From assembly GCF_048593235.1 (NCBI RefSeq), contig NC_133620.1, forward strand, positions 440,787,261 to 440,851,260: DNA of 64,000 bases. The letters run 5' to 3'. Below the pieces are notes generated by a model. The model made no database searches. It had not been told where the DNA came from and saw only the letters and a program-made list of their open reading frames with translations. The stretch comes from Sminthopsis crassicaudata. Its lineage: Eukaryota. The translations under genes were made by a program, and so were the position numbers. Positions 27,675 to 42,600 of the stretch are shown here, in pieces (position 1 is the first letter of the stretch; each line of letters opens with the position of its first letter).

Positions 27675-30600
27675 TCATTGGTCCACCTTCCCATTTCCAT
27701 CTTCTTCGGGTACTTTCTTTCGGGCAAAGAATCCAAGCTACATGGAAGAGGTGATGAGGAGTGCTCATATTCCCCAAAGCCCTCGCTTGCCCATAACTGA
27801 GGGCAAGACCACAGGCTGCTTTCTCATTTGGGGGAGTGGTACAAAATACACAAGTTTACCCTTTTTCTCTGCTCCTGTCCTTTCAGTAAGCCTTAGATCC
27901 CTAGAGAGGCAGCATGGCCTGGGGGAAAGAAGCATGGATTCCGAGAACCTAAATTGAAATCCTGGTTCTGCCACCTGTGTGAGCCTGGCTAGTCACTTAA
28001 CTTTGGAGCCTCAGTTTCCTCCCCTTTAAGGTGAGGGAGTTGGACTAGCAACTCTTAAGATCCCCTACATACTTGGGAACAACCCCCCCACTCCTCCAAT
28101 GTTCCATGGAATAGTACTCACTTTCCAAAGACAGAAAACAATGAGGGCCAATAATAAAAGCCCTCCTATGACGCTGCCAACCAGGATCCACAATGAGACA
28201 GGAACGTGGCGGGCCTGGATTACCTCCAGGAGGCTCTGGAAGAAAAGGACATCTTTCTTTTCTGGATCCTCCAGTTAGTCCCCTCCCCTGTTCTGTCCCA
28301 CAGCCCTTTTCCCCATCTCCCCCCCCCCTCAATATTTTTCATGAACCTCCCCAGGTAGATCCAACAACAGAGGGCTAAGAAGTCTCTCCAAAAAGGATCC
28401 CTTAAACAACCAGCAGAACCCCAGAGATTTGATTCTTATGCCTCATTTACTCACTGGATCACCAGGATAGCACATTGCATGACAAAGCTCAGTCACACTG
28501 CACCCACCTCACTCCATTGGGAGGCCTCCATCAGCTGCAAGACACTGCCTTCCTCAACCTCCAGTTTAAAGGTGCTGACCACAGTCACAGATTTGAACTT
28601 GGCCTGTGGGGACAAAAGGCATGAAAAATATTAGCGTGAGGGATCAATGGCCTGCAAATTGGGCAGAGGTGGTATGAAGCTCCTTGGGTGACAAGAATAG
28701 GATAAGAGATGGGTCCCTGGATACCATGTTGAAATAATGAAGAAGAGGAAGAAGAGAAATGGCATCATGGAGGGAAGGAGGAAGGGGGATGGGGCGGCTA
28801 GCCTAAATCTCTTAACATACTACTTTTTATCATCTCCTTCATTTGCCTACTCAAGGCCAATGGCTTCCTCTGGGATGCTGTCACTATGTCAAAATTTATG
28901 AGCTCAATTGTCACAGGACTCCGTCATCCTCTCCATCACCTCACTTTGGGTATCCAAATGTATCTATACACACACACATACAACTCCATTAATCCCTCTT
29001 TTCTATGAAGTTCTATGGCCTTCACAACCTGAACTACATAGTTTAACAGTTCAAAGTTTTGTCTTCCCCACTAGATACTGTAAAATCCTTGAGGAAAAGA
29101 CCCTCTCTTATACTATTTTCTGATCTTCTAAATTACCTGGTACGAGGTATTGGATTTGGAAATAAGAGAGGCTTGAGTTTGAATTTTTCACCACACATTT
29201 GCTGTTTGACCTTGAACACAGTCTGAACTTCAATGTCCTCATCTGTACAATGGGGATGATTCTATCCCTAGCATTTGTCTCACAGAGTTATAAGGATCAA
29301 ATGAGAAGATGTAAAGCATTTCTAAATCTTAAGGTACTGAGTCAATGTTAGTCATTGTTATCATTAGGATACTAATGACATGATGACAAAAGATGGGAAT
29401 AGTCGATGCTGGAAGAGCTGTGAAAAGGCAGGCATATTAGTATAATATAAATTGGACAAGAAACTCTAGAGAGCACTTTAGAACTATGGTCCATATCTAG
29501 AGATCAGTGATAAAAAGAAAAGTCCCAAAGGCACCAACATGTTTATGCTGGAACTTTTTATAGTAGCAAAGAATTGGAAACAAAGTAGAAGCTGCCTGCT
29601 GACTCTGGAAGTGGTGAAGCAAGTTGTGATACATGACTGCAATGTAACACTCATTTGCTATGAACATAAGTGATCATGAAGAATACTAAGTAGCACAGAA
29701 GATCTATAACTGATGCAGAGTAAATAGAACTAATAAAAATGTGACAATGTCTACCTCAATGTAAGTAAAAAGGAAACAACAAATTGAAGCTCAATGCTGT
29801 GAAATGATAATGACCAAGTTTGGCTCCAAGGAAGAGGTGAGAAGCATTCCTCTCCTTCTCGGGGTTCACCGGCTGGATTTCTTTTTTAAGGACCACGCCT
29901 TAGCCCCTAATCACTAGCTTTCATTGATTGGCCAACAAAAGGTCCCAGGACAAGCCAAACTTAGTTTTTCTTTCAGCCCCAGTTGCCTTAGAGTGAATGT
30001 TATAGCAATTGTTGCTGTTGTTTTTGGCTAAAAACCCTGAGTCTTCTCCCAGATTGATTTTTTTTTTTTTAATTAGGTAAGAAGCCATTCTTTGCCTCAG
30101 GTCTCACCCAGTCTTAGTCACTGACAGACTGGTTGTTGTGGTCAAACTGAGACCTGGTGAAAATGTTAGCTTAAAAAGGCCAGGCCTCCCACTGCACCCA
30201 GGGCCATCTCCAGTCCTCCTGATCTATATCTTCCCTGTGGACCACATGGCTCTGGAGGAGAAAGTAAGGCTGGTGATCTTGCACAGCCCCTCTCAGAGCC
30301 AGTTCCCTGGCATGGTGGAGCTGCCCTTGGAGAACAAAGGACTGACCACAGCGATACGGGCATGGCACACAAGCTAGGCGCGGAGAGACTGGTTCCGTTT
30401 TGTTCAGTTGGGTTTTTTTTTTCCCTTTATAAAAAGGGTGGCTCCCTTTGGTAGTAAAACAAGGATATAAGAGATGGAGGTGTTTAGAAACAGGAGGATG
30501 AGATCTGGAAAGGGCCTGGATCTGGATCTCTTGGTTCTGGAGCTGCCAGGGAGGAGCTTCCTCTACCACAGGGAGGAGCCCTCTCTGTAACCCTGGGACC

Positions 30601-33600
30601 TTGACTGGTCAGCCCGAAGGCCAGAGCCACTGAGTGCTAGAAGCGAAGTTCATTCCCCGGCTTCAAGGCCGGTTTTCTACAGATACCGCTGAAAATGTAA
30701 GTTAGAGGGGCAGCAGGTGCTCAGTGAGCAGAAGGAAATGGTTTCTGGGGAAAGGAACAGCTCCACGAGGACAGCTCCGCAGCTCACCCTTCGGAAGAAG
30801 TCATCGTGGATGAGCCTCAGGAACTGCAGCGAGATCTGGGACCCCCGGGGCAGGCGGCCGAGGCGGCACCGCACCACTTGGCACCAGGAATTACTGCCGT
30901 TCTATGGGAGAAAGGGGTCAGCACCCACGGACAAGAAGGACCTCCTCCTTCTTCCCCCAGCCCCAGTACCCACCAGCAAGGCCCCATCACCTCCCCAGGA
31001 TCTGTTTCTGGGTCTCCCCTCTCCAGCGCTAGGAGCTCGTACCAGATGGCTGACATGTCGCAGGTCCTCGGAGTGCACCGGAGCCGTGGAGGGCTCAGTC
31101 AGGTTCTGCACCATGCAGCTAGCCTGGAAAAAGCGGGCGTACAAGGAGAGGGTTCCCTCAGACCGGACTGCCAACCTCAGAGGACCCTTTCATTACCTCC
31201 CAAACGTGGGACCATCAATTTAGAAGCATAAAGGACCCAAAGAGCCATGCAATCCAATGCTTCCATTTTACAGATGGGGAAGCAGAGCCCCCTAAAGGTG
31301 ACGAGCTAGTGGGAAGGCACAGGGGCTGGGCAGGGTACGAACTCCAAGGCCAGAGTCCTTTCTGCTGTCCCATGCTGCCTCCTTGGCCTAGAAAGGGCAC
31401 TGCTAAGTCCTGGGTCTGATCCAAGATGCCCGCATTAAGGTCACCCGCATCCTTCACAATTCTCTTATCCTGTCAAGTTCATGGGCTGACTTCGGCCAAC
31501 ACATGGGTGCAGGCAGGACCGGGGGTCTGTGGCCTGGATGAAGAAATTCTGGGGAGGGTCCCACAGCCAGAGGGGCTTCAGGAAGGAGGCATCTTCCACT
31601 CACATTGTCAGTAATGATCTGGGACAGGGACAGGAAGTAACTGCCCCCATAGGCCACAGCAGGAAAGAAGGCAGAAATCAAGAGGTCGCTGATGGAATAA
31701 CAACCGAGGTTCTGTACCTGATGGAGTAAATGGGGAGGAGTGAGGGTGCCCAAGGAAGGGTGACTGCCCCCTCTCCCCCCAGCCACAAGATCTGTGGAGG
31801 AACCCAGGAGAATCCCCTCCACCAGCCTTCTCCTTCTCCCCCCCATCTCCCCATCCAGGGCTCCACCCTCTTTGCCCGGCCCCCTTCTGTCTCTCACCCT
31901 GAGAGTGGTTTTGAACTCAGGGCCAGGACCCTCAGGGAGGGCCCCATAGGGGTGAACCTCATATCGGTGCAGCGTGGACTCACTTCAGGGTCACGACACA
32001 GACACCAAACCGGGAAGCACCAGGACGCAGACAGAGGGAGCAGGTGGTCAGCACAGGGACACTGGAGCATGGGAGGCAGGGCTGGGACAGGGACCCAAAG
32101 AGGGGGGCATGTGCCATGCAGAAGGCCCGGGAGCACATGAAGCACTGACACGGGCAAATAGCCAACCCCCCCCAACCCGTTCCAACCCCCTCCAACATGT
32201 CTGGCTGCAGCCTCTCTTGGAGGAGCAAAAAGGGAGAGGAAGGAGAGGGCGGCAGGTTCAGAGTCAAAGGTGCAGGGCTATGAGAGGTTCTGGACAAAGC
32301 GGACCATGGTGGAGGGAGAGTGGTGAAGGTCTGAGGCCCGGGGTCAGGGCTGACCGAAGGGCAGGCCGGGCATCGGGCCATACCTGGAGACCAGGAGCTC
32401 AGGCTCATAGCGGATGTAGGCAGAGGCCTGGACCACATTGTCGTGCAAAGTCTCATTGGACTCCAGACTGTTGCTGCCGGGGCGAGGGGAGAGTCATCAT
32501 CCCTAACTCCTTTGTAGAGAATTCTTCCTCAAGAAGCACTATCCCCCTCCCCCATGTTGTGAAACCCCATCCCCCCCAGGCCAGGATGAGGGGCCTAGAT
32601 GTTTACCTGGTGGCAGTCAGCCTTACAAGAGTTTGGCTTAGGAGAGAAGAGCAGCTGAATTCAAACTCCAAGAGGAAGGTCACCTGGGTTGGGGGAAAAG
32701 GGACCAAAGGCCATAAGGTCCAGGGCCAGCTTTCAGTCAGAGTACTGACCTCTGCACAAGTCTGGAGCATGAGCCAAAGATTCCCTGAGAGCCACAAGGG
32801 TCCCTCAACTCTAGGGGTTCTTAACTTTTTTCATGTCCTCCTGCAGACCCTATCTCACAATCATGCATAAAATAAAGTACAGAGGATTACAAAGGAGGCT
32901 AGAGGTTAATTAGAGATGTAATTTATTTTCTGTACAATTCCAGGTCCCTGGGATCTCTGTTGGAGGGAGTGGGGTCTGTGGATCCTGAATGAAGAAACTG
33001 TCTTAGGTATTCTCTCCCAGAACCCCATGGCCAACCTTCATTCCCCATCTACTGTAAACTTCTATGGGACCAGCTCCCTGGTCCTCTCACTCACGCCAAT
33101 GTTCTCCAATTCCCCCACTCCTAACAATGCCCTATCCAAAAGAAAAGCGTTCTGGGCCTGGAAGCAGGAAAACCTGAGTTCAAATCTAGCTTCAGAAACT
33201 TCCTTTGTGTGTGTGTGAGACCCTGGGCAAGTCACTTACCCTGTTTGCCTCAAGTAGATAACCACTGTCCCTCCTTCATNNNNNNNNNNNNNNNNNNNNN
33301 NNNNNNNNNNNNNNNNNNNNNNNNNNNNNNNNNNNNNNNNNNNNNNNNNNNNNNNNNNNNNNNNNNNNNNNNNNNNNNNNNNNNNNNNNNNNNNNNNNNN
33401 NNNNNNNNNNNNNNNNNNNNNNNNNNNNNNNNNNNCTCAGCACATAGCAGGTGCTTTAACACATGTCCCACTCCCTCCCCCAAAGCCCATGCTTCAGAAG
33501 ACTCCCAGCCTTCTGACTCACCTTGGCCCCGGTCTGGAAGACAGGGTGCCCTATGCTACAGAGCTGGCCATGTGTGGAAGTGGCTGCACACTCTACCTTG

Positions 33601-36600
33601 ACAGTGGGGTCCTTCTGGGGGACAGAGAGTCAGAGTGTGAAGGGGACTTGGGCTTAAACCACTCCCCCCCTTCCCCCACCTCTTTTACTTCCTCCCCCAC
33701 TCCAGTAAATCCCCAGAAGGGGGAGCTGACCAGGTAGTGGCTGTTTGCCCCATTCTCCCCCCCTCCACCCCATGGGCCACGGGAGGCAGCAGGCTGGCCA
33801 AGCAGAACTTCTGGAACTCTCCTCCTTCTTCCTTTCCAACATCTGCTCCTACCCCCCGCCCCTACTCCGAGCACCTGAGGCATGAAGCTAGCCAGATGGA
33901 GGCTCCTGGAGAAACTGAGGCTCAGATTGGTATTGTAGGCGTTCTCCTTTCTGTTCTCGAGAGTTGCTGACACCAGCACCTTCTGCCGCCCACCTCGAAC
34001 CACAAATGGCTTTTTCCTGAAAACAGAGTTGGGAAACCAGTAATTGCTGACGGGAGCTCTGGGGCCCCAGAAACTCTCCTAGAATATTTAATTCAATCTC
34101 ACTTTACAGGTAAAGAAACTGAGGCCCAAAGGAACATAAAAGGTTTGGACAGTTTAGGTACCAATTTGCTACTTGTCATCTCTAAACTAGGCTCTTGATT
34201 TCAAATCTAGTCATTATCTAGAAATCCTTGTATCCTTGGGAAAAGCAAGGACGGTTCTATTTTTGTCTCTGAACCTCCAGATCTCAGCACAGTGCTTAGT
34301 GCATAGTAAGTGTTTAATAAAGAGGCATTCAGGTGGCCCGGGAGGAGGTGCTGGGCCTGGTATCAAAAAGCCCTCCATTCCAAGTCCATCTTCAAGCACC
34401 GGAAGGCTGAGTGACCTTGAGCAAGCCCCTTTACTTTGCCTAGCCTCAGTTTCCTCACCTGTAAAAGGGAGACAATAAAAGCACCTATCTTCTCAGATAT
34501 TATGGAGGATAAAATTTTACATATGTGTATATGTATACACACACATACACAAACATATTTGTGTGTAACTATTTACATATTTAAAGTACATGGGAAATCT
34601 TAAAGTGATGAATAAATGCCAGCAATTATGATAATGAAGTGCTTGTTGATTGATGGATGCACCTCCCTTTGCCCCCTTCCCCTCTCCCCATTCTGTCCAT
34701 CCACTTCCCTTCCATCTGGTCCCAGTTTGCTTCTCACACCTGGAGCCCCGGATGTCCATGTCTACCTGGAGTACCAGGTCAGTATGGCATTCATTATCAG
34801 GCCCACAGTCCTTTGAGAAAGGTACCTAGGAACAGGGGACAAGGTAAAAAGAGGTTGAGGGGAATATAAATGGCCCAGAAGGCAGGAAAAGCAAGAAGTA
34901 TGTGGAGTGCAGGGAGGATTACTGGGAAGGACTGGACACCTTGTCCCAAGGTCAGAGGACATGTCGCTCTGACCACTCCCATCTCCCCTCTCTCTCCTTC
35001 CTGCGAGGAGATGGGAGTGTGGGGGGCGTAACACAAGGCTGGAACAAAGTGTCAGAAGCCAAAGGCAGGGGTCACTAACCAGGTTTCTAAGGGAAGTGGG
35101 CGAGTCCTCATCGAGCACTGGCCTTGGCTTTGTGGAGTTATCCAGCTCAAAGGTCACTGCCAGGGCCAGCGGCCGGAGGTAATCAGATGCATCCTAAGAG
35201 AAGGAAGACCAAACAGGTCATGGGACCCATAGCCTGACTCCTTTCAGACTCCAACCTCAGCCTCCCCACTGGCCCCCTAAAGTTTTGGTCCTTTTGAAAC
35301 CACCATCTCCAGGAAAACTTCCCCCAGCTTCGCCGAGCCCCTTCCTTACCAGCACATGGAAATGCAGCTGCTGACAGGTGGTGTTCCCCACACTGACCCT
35401 TAGTCTCCGTACAGGCAGCCTCTGGCCAAAGCCGTCAAATGCCGCCCGAGCCCCGGCTGTCCACTCGTCCAGGGAGGCGGTGAATCGGACATCTAGAGAG
35501 GAGAGTTGGAAGGGTGAGGGCAGGAAAAAGGGGGGTGGGCTCACCCACTATGCCTGGAGGTGGCTTACAGAAGTGGCGGTTCCAGCGGCCTGGGGTTCGG
35601 GAGGTTACTTGGAAGCAGAGGTCGGCGGTCAGGCAGGTGGCATCCTGGCCATGTCGCTGACAATCCCGGTGCACCACACTGACTGCTGGAGGGGTCACCG
35701 TTAGCGATGGGGCCAGATGGACGATGGGGCGGGAGCTGGGGAATTTGAGGGAGAGACCCCACAGAGGTGAGAAGCACATGGGAGCAGACCCTACCGAGAC
35801 TGACTCCCCACGATCTCCAATCCAGATGACTTCCAAAGTTCCCTCTAAAACCTGATATTCTAGGATTCTATGCCTCATTGTTGCTCCTCCTTTTAAATAT
35901 TAAGAGAAGGAAATAGGGGACCCCCTCTCCCCTAGAGAAACCTGGTACTTGAGCTTTGGTCCCACACCTGAGCAGTACAGCTGCTCCCTGAGCCCCCACA
36001 GCAACATCCACTAGTTCATCCCCGTCCAGGTCCAGTCGTCCATCCACACTTCGGCCAAAGTAGTTGAGTGGCTGAGGCATGGAGGCAGCTGAGATGCGCT
36101 AGAAAGAGACAGGAAACAAGAACTAAGGCTCCTTCCTGTCTCTAGTAGGATCCTCACTCCTCCCGGAGCACTCTTCCTCCCCAATCTTCTCCAATCCCCT
36201 CATTAACCACTTTCAGGACCAGGGATCACAACAACATCCCCTGCAGCTTTCCTAGCACCATTCCCCCAGTACCTCACCAGTATTTCCACCCCAGCTCCAC
36301 CAGGGTCTGAAGAGGGTCTACAGCCTGATAATCTCAGGTAAATGGGACAGATTCAGGGCTTTTGGGGATCTCGCTGGAGATCCCGGAAGATTAGGATTCT
36401 GGGCCTCAGTCTGACATTTGCTAACTATATGACCTTAGGATCCCCAGATTTTCCTGAGCAGGGCAGGTCTAAGAATTGCCAAAGCACCCCCCCTTCCCAA
36501 CACAGTGTTCTTCTGGCTCCCCCAACCTGCGCAGGACGGGGCCGGATGCCATCCTGGGTCCCATGATAGATGTACAGAGCTCCTCTGTGTCCATCTTCTA

Positions 36601-39600
36601 GGGGTGCCCCCACAGCCACATCTGCAAAGCCATCCTGGTTCAGGTCAGGCAGGGCACCCATTGCAAAGCCAAAACGAGAATCCTGGGCGGGGTCTGGCTG
36701 CAGGGTTCTCCAGAGGATCAGCAAGGGCTATGGGAAAGCATGATGAGTAGTCTCATTGAGGTCTCTTCTCTTCCTGCCCACCCCCAATCTTTCCCAGGTA
36801 TTACTGTCTCTGCTTTATTTCCAGTGTATCCTTACCCTACTCACTTGGCCCACTAGGTAGACATACACTCGTCCTGTCTCCCGATAGTGGGGCCCCAGAT
36901 ACATAGGGGCAGCCACAAGAAGAACATCGGTCACCCCATCACCATCTGTGTCCAGGGGGCAAAGTTCACTGCCAAAATAGGAGCCGATCTATGAAGAAGG
37001 AAAAAGAATAATGCTGAACACTCCCAAGAGTGGGAAGGGACCTAACGCCCCTTACTGCATGGCCCCAGTGGCTGAGGAGCCCCCCATGGATGGATCTCAA
37101 ACCCAGGAGACTTCAGAGTTCTCCACTGGATAGTGATTCTCATTGCCCCTCACACTCTTCCTGCCATGTACACACCTGTTCCCCTTGGAGGCTCTGGGCA
37201 ACATTCATAGACCCATCTTTCTTTAGCTGGAAAGCGATGACTTTCCCTCGATGTTTAAACCGAGGGGCTCCTGAGAGAAACAGGCGTCGTCCACCCAGGA
37301 GAATCAAGGAGGAAACTGAGTAACCTAGAAGTGGGGAGATAGGGTTGAAAAGAAGGAAAGCAGGGAGAGATCATGGGGTCAGAGTAGCAGAAGACAATGG
37401 GAAATTAATAGAGGAGCAGACAATTTTTGGATTCAACAGGCAAATGGAGGGACCTTTAAGTAGTATATCTTCTGAGGTATAATTTATCTAACTCTCTTTA
37501 AAAAATCAATTTTAGGAGCAGCTAGGTGGTGTAGTGTCTAGTGCAGGGGTTCTCAAACTAAGGCCCAGCAGGCCTGATGTGGCCGCTGAGGACGTTTATG
37601 CGGCACCCCCCCTCCCCAGGTTATGGCAAATGGACTGAGGGGCGGAGACAGAGTGTAGAGTGTGAGCTTTTGTTTTTACTGTAGTCCGGCCCTCCCACAG
37701 TCTGAGGGACAGTGAATTGGCCCCCTATTTAAAAAGTTTGAGGACCACTGGTCTAGTGGATCAGCCCTGAAGTCAGGAGGACCTGAATTCAAATCTGTCT
37801 TCAGACTTCCTAGCTGTGTGACCCTGAGCAAGTCACTTAACCCCAATTGTTTCAGAAAAAAAATACAGAAAAATACAGAAAAAAAAAATTCAATTTTATT
37901 TTCAGTTCTGAATTTTCTTCCCCTTTCCCTATAGAGGAAAAAGAAAAAGCCCATCATCAATATGTATAGTCATGCAAGATAAATTCCCACATTAGTCACA
38001 TCAGAGAGACAGACAGAAAAAAAGGTAGAGAGACAGAGAGATCCTCACTCTGCCCTTGGAGTTCACAAGTTCTCTGAGATCCACTGAACACTCACCCAGG
38101 TAGGCAGCATGATTCTGGAGAGCAGTAGGGAACTCCTCTTCCAAGGCCGTGCGGGGCGGGAAAAGGCGGTGGCCCTCCTTTAGCCACAGCACTGAGCCCC
38201 CCCAGTCATAGGCCCCCACCATTCCAAATAGGATCCCATCCTGTGGGAATGGGGAAATACTGAGAAGTCGTAGGGATTACTGAAGAAGCAAAAAGGATTC
38301 ACAGGGAGACACTCATTTGTAAGAAGGAAAGGGTAGCTGTCATCTAGAAGCTTAGCCTTTCAAAGAGGAGTTCACCTAGGAGGGCCAAGGTCACCTTGGG
38401 CAGATTCTCAGAGAGAGACTCACTGTATATAGGTGAGATTAGTGGGGCTTAGATCACCTGGCCAGAGAGGGGGGGGCGGGGTCGGCAGCAGCAGTAACAG
38501 AATGTCTAACCTTTAGCTGATGGGTAGAGAAGCCAATCTGAGACATCTCTAGTCCGAAGGAGCTTTCGTTCTCCCCATGGGAACCTGGGGTAAGAGAGAA
38601 TATCGGGAGAATGCAATGAGACACACAGGTCTAGGCCAGGATCTCCCAATTCTTTCATTTCCAGTTTCTTCTGATCCAAGTTTCAATTCCCATTAAAATC
38701 ATCCTTTTTGATGCTTTAAAGTTAAAAGAAGCTTCCTATTCAGAGCTGTCCAAAAATGGGATGATGCCTTCACCAGGCATCACCTTGATGGTAAAGGTTT
38801 TCAGAAAAGAGCTGTAGAGGGATATTGGGAAAAGGTTCAGGCTCTTGGGGAGCCACTGAATCACAGGACCTGGGAACAGGACTCTGAGATTCTCAGCTTC
38901 CATATCCTACCCTCCAAGCCAAAGATGCGGTCTCCTAGGGCATCCACAATGTCAGTCAGTGCAGCCTCATCTGTGACGTTGAAAAAGAATCTCTCATCTG
39001 GATCACTAGCAATGTCCCTGATTTCCCGAAGAAAGGAGCTAGGATCACGTTGCCTTCGAATGTAGTGACCCAGGACCTGGGTAAGGTTACAGATCTCAGA
39101 GCTGGAGTGGTAATGGGTAATGGAGCTTGGGGGGCAAAGGCAGGGTTTGCAGAGGTGTGAGGTGGTACTGCTGTCAGATGGAGTGGTAATAAGGAATGGG
39201 GCTCTGGAGACAAATGCAGAGGTGTGATGTGGTCTTTCCCTCCCTTTTTTCCTGAGGAAGTCATCATTCCTCAATATCTCCACCTTCCCGACCCTACCTC
39301 CCACTGTTTCTTACAGCAATCCCATATCGGGTCACACTGCCAGCTTCACAGGCCTTGAGTGCTGCTGGAAGTTCCTCCCCATCATGGGATTCCCCGTCTG
39401 TGACAACAACTAGCAACCGGGCAGCCTCTGGCCGGCCCCCTCGAGAGGGACTGAATCCTTCTGTGCTGGAGTAGGAGGGAAGGAAAAGGCAGGGTGAGAC
39501 ACTGGAGTCTTCCACCCTACTCCTTTGACACACATACACATATTCCAACCTAGGATAAACTGGGAGAAAGAGACAGAAATGAAAGGCTGGAGCAAAATAA

Positions 39601-42600
39601 GTCTCATTATCAACCCCTTCACATCTCCACTACTCCTTCCTTTTCATTAGCATCCTCCATACCTCATCTGATTAATATTTTTTAATGCATAAAACTAAGT
39701 CAATGCCCCCAAAGGATTTTAGTAGCACTCTAATGGCTCCTGCAGAAGGCCCATTCTGACTCCCAGTAATTGTCTGCTAGCTCATCTCAAAGATTCAGAA
39801 TAGTGCAGTTTCATAAGAAGTGCTGAACAAGGGGCAGCTAGGTGGCGCAGTGGATAGAGTACCAGCCTTGAATTCAGGAGGACCTGAGTTCAAATGTGAG
39901 TCAAATCTGGTCTCAGACACTTAACACTTCCTGGCTGTATGACCCTGGGCAAGTCACTTAACCCCAGAATCCAAAAAAAAAAAAAAAAAAAAAAAGTGCT
40001 GAACAATCAGTGCACAAATTCCTGTTTACCTTGTTGAGAGGCTGCTTTAGATTCTGTGACTGGCAAAAAAGTTAAATCAAGAATTTAAGGGATGAACAAA
40101 CTTGATCTTGTCTCTCCAAGGGGTCCCATTTGTGTAGAGGGAGGAGCCCTTTGTTCAGAGAGAGTTACAGGGAAATGCTAAGGTCATGAGAACAGGCTCA
40201 GCTCCAAAACTTACAAAGTAATGATGAGATGAGTCAAACCTGTCTCCCTCAGTCAATTATAATGCTAAAAGATTTCAAAGACCCTAGGAGCACTTTAACT
40301 TCTTTTAACACTTTACTTCTCAATCACTGCCCTAGAATCCCTGGGAAGTAAAGAAAATTAGTGAAATGTTACCGATACAAGTCACAAGTGACAATTTCTA
40401 TTTTTTATAAAGAGAAAGCAGTTACTCGGTTACTGCCCACCCATGAATTGACCTGACACTGTAGGTACTCTCTCAGATAGCTTAGTAGGGGCTCACTTCA
40501 AGATAAAGACCGGAGAATTTATAGTATTTCTGTCGTTAGTCTTTCTTGGTTGGTTATAAGAATGTCTTTGAGTAATCATATTTAGATATGTGCCTAAGTT
40601 TTTTCTTCCTTTCATAATAAGTATGCTGATTTACTTACAAAAATCCATTTACAGTAGATGAAAGAGGAGCTGGAGGGAAGAATTTAGAACTCAACATTTT
40701 TTAAAATGTTGAAAAAAAAATTTTAAATAGCCATTTAGAGAGGCTTTGCTGCTAAATGTAGGAAGCAAAATGGTTAGAATTTGATCAATTTTCATTTTTG
40801 TTTTAATGAAAACCTTGTGGACCTAGAAAATAGCAGCAATTATTTTACTTCATTAGGTTCAGACTGCTTTTCTAGCATCACAGGTCCTGGTGCCACTGTA
40901 TATATCCATCCTAATTATATATGACTTCCTGCCACATAGTCTATATTTAAATCAAGATGTGTCATATCCCTAGAACATAACTGGAATCTTCCTATCTCGA
41001 TGTGTTTGCTTCTGGAATGTCTTCTTTCCCTATTCTGGATTCTCTTCTCTTTCAATGTACTTTTTCACACTTAATAAGTACTTAATTTTATTTATTTATT
41101 TATTATTATTTGCTGAGACAATTGTGGGTAAGTGACTTGCCTAGGATAACATAGCTCGGAAGTGTTGTGTCTGAGGTCATATTTGAACTCAGGTCCTCCT
41201 GACTTCAGGGCTGGTGCTCTGTCCACTTCGCCACCTAGCTGCCCCAGTTGGTAATTTTATCATCTCTAATGGATTCAATAACCATCTTTATCACATGATT
41301 CCAAAATTTACATATAGGATCATAGATTTAAAGCTGCAAGGGACCTTAGAGGTTGAGTTCAACCCTCTCATTTTACAGATGAGAAAACTGAGGCTCAGAG
41401 AGGTTACATGATCTATCCAGATTAATAGTAGCTAAATTCCCAAGTAAGAGTCAAAGCCTGGTCTTCTTGACTCCACTCTGCCATATGAAGTCCTCATCTC
41501 TCTCCTAACATCATCAACTCCTTGCTAGACATCTCTACCTTGATGTCACATAGGCATCTCAATGTCAAGGTATCCAAAACAGAACTCAATATATTTCTCG
41601 CCAAAACCACGCTCCTCCTAATTTTTCTATTTTTGTCTAGGCCACTACCAACTTTCTAGTCACCTAGAAACAAAACCTCAGCTCCATCTTAACTCTTTCT
41701 TCATCCTCTCTGTCCAACAAATTGCCAAATACAATCAACTAAACCACCATACCTTTCTCTAATTCATCCCTTTGTCTTTAGGAATCTCTAGGATAAAATA
41801 CAGATTCCTCTCAAACTTATTTTTTAAAATTTTTACTTATTAATTAAAAAATTTTTTAACCTTAAAGCCCTTCACAATCTGATACCAATAAATAATTCCA
41901 GTCTCAGACAGGCATTAAATGTTCCAGCCAAATTGACCTACTTGTTCCCCATACATGGCATCCCTTATTTTTTGTCTCCAAGCCTTCACACAGGCTGATA
42001 GCCATGTCTGCAATGCTGTCTTGTCAATGTCTCTTTTCCTGATCTCCCAAATTAGTAATGGTCTTTTACTTGAAGACCTCACCTAGTTTGTTGTTGTTCA
42101 CCTTTCTAGTACATCTGTCAACTATTACATGTCTATTTTTTGCATTTGTCTATATATTTCATCCCCCTCCCAGACTATGAGCTTTAGGGATAGCAGGGAC
42201 CAGTTGATTTATGCTTTACACTTTCCCTACCCTAGAAGAACGCTTGGAAGAAAGTACACCATAATTATATGTTTGTTAAATTGAACATTAGACACCTGAA
42301 AAATATATTGTACACAGTGTATTAACTGGAAATGCCATAGTACATTAGTGCTGAATGCACACAAAGAGAGGGGCTCCAGAGCTGATGAGGTTGGTCAAGA
42401 AAAACTTTCTGGAAAAAATTAGTTTTGAGCCAAATTTTGAAGGAAGGGACAGAAAACACATATTTTTGCAGAAATGGGGAGTGGGATGAACCAGTCTCTA
42501 GTTTATTAAATCCATCTTTTGTCCCCCTGAAAAACATCAGATACTGACACATCTCTAGCCCTATAATTCCTTTTCCATTTGCCACAGTGTCTCGAAGATC

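Noticed and set aside
30138-30270. Exon-like segment in ITGA10 intron 27 (plus-strand GTAAGG donor, minus-strand acceptor)
   Set aside because: ITGA10 is complete without it (true exon 28 is at 28603-28508) and no frame matches a known protein.
31974-32870. 298-aa plus-strand ORF
   Set aside because: Low-complexity GC-rich frame antisense to ITGA10 exons 22-24; starts at a non-ATG codon.
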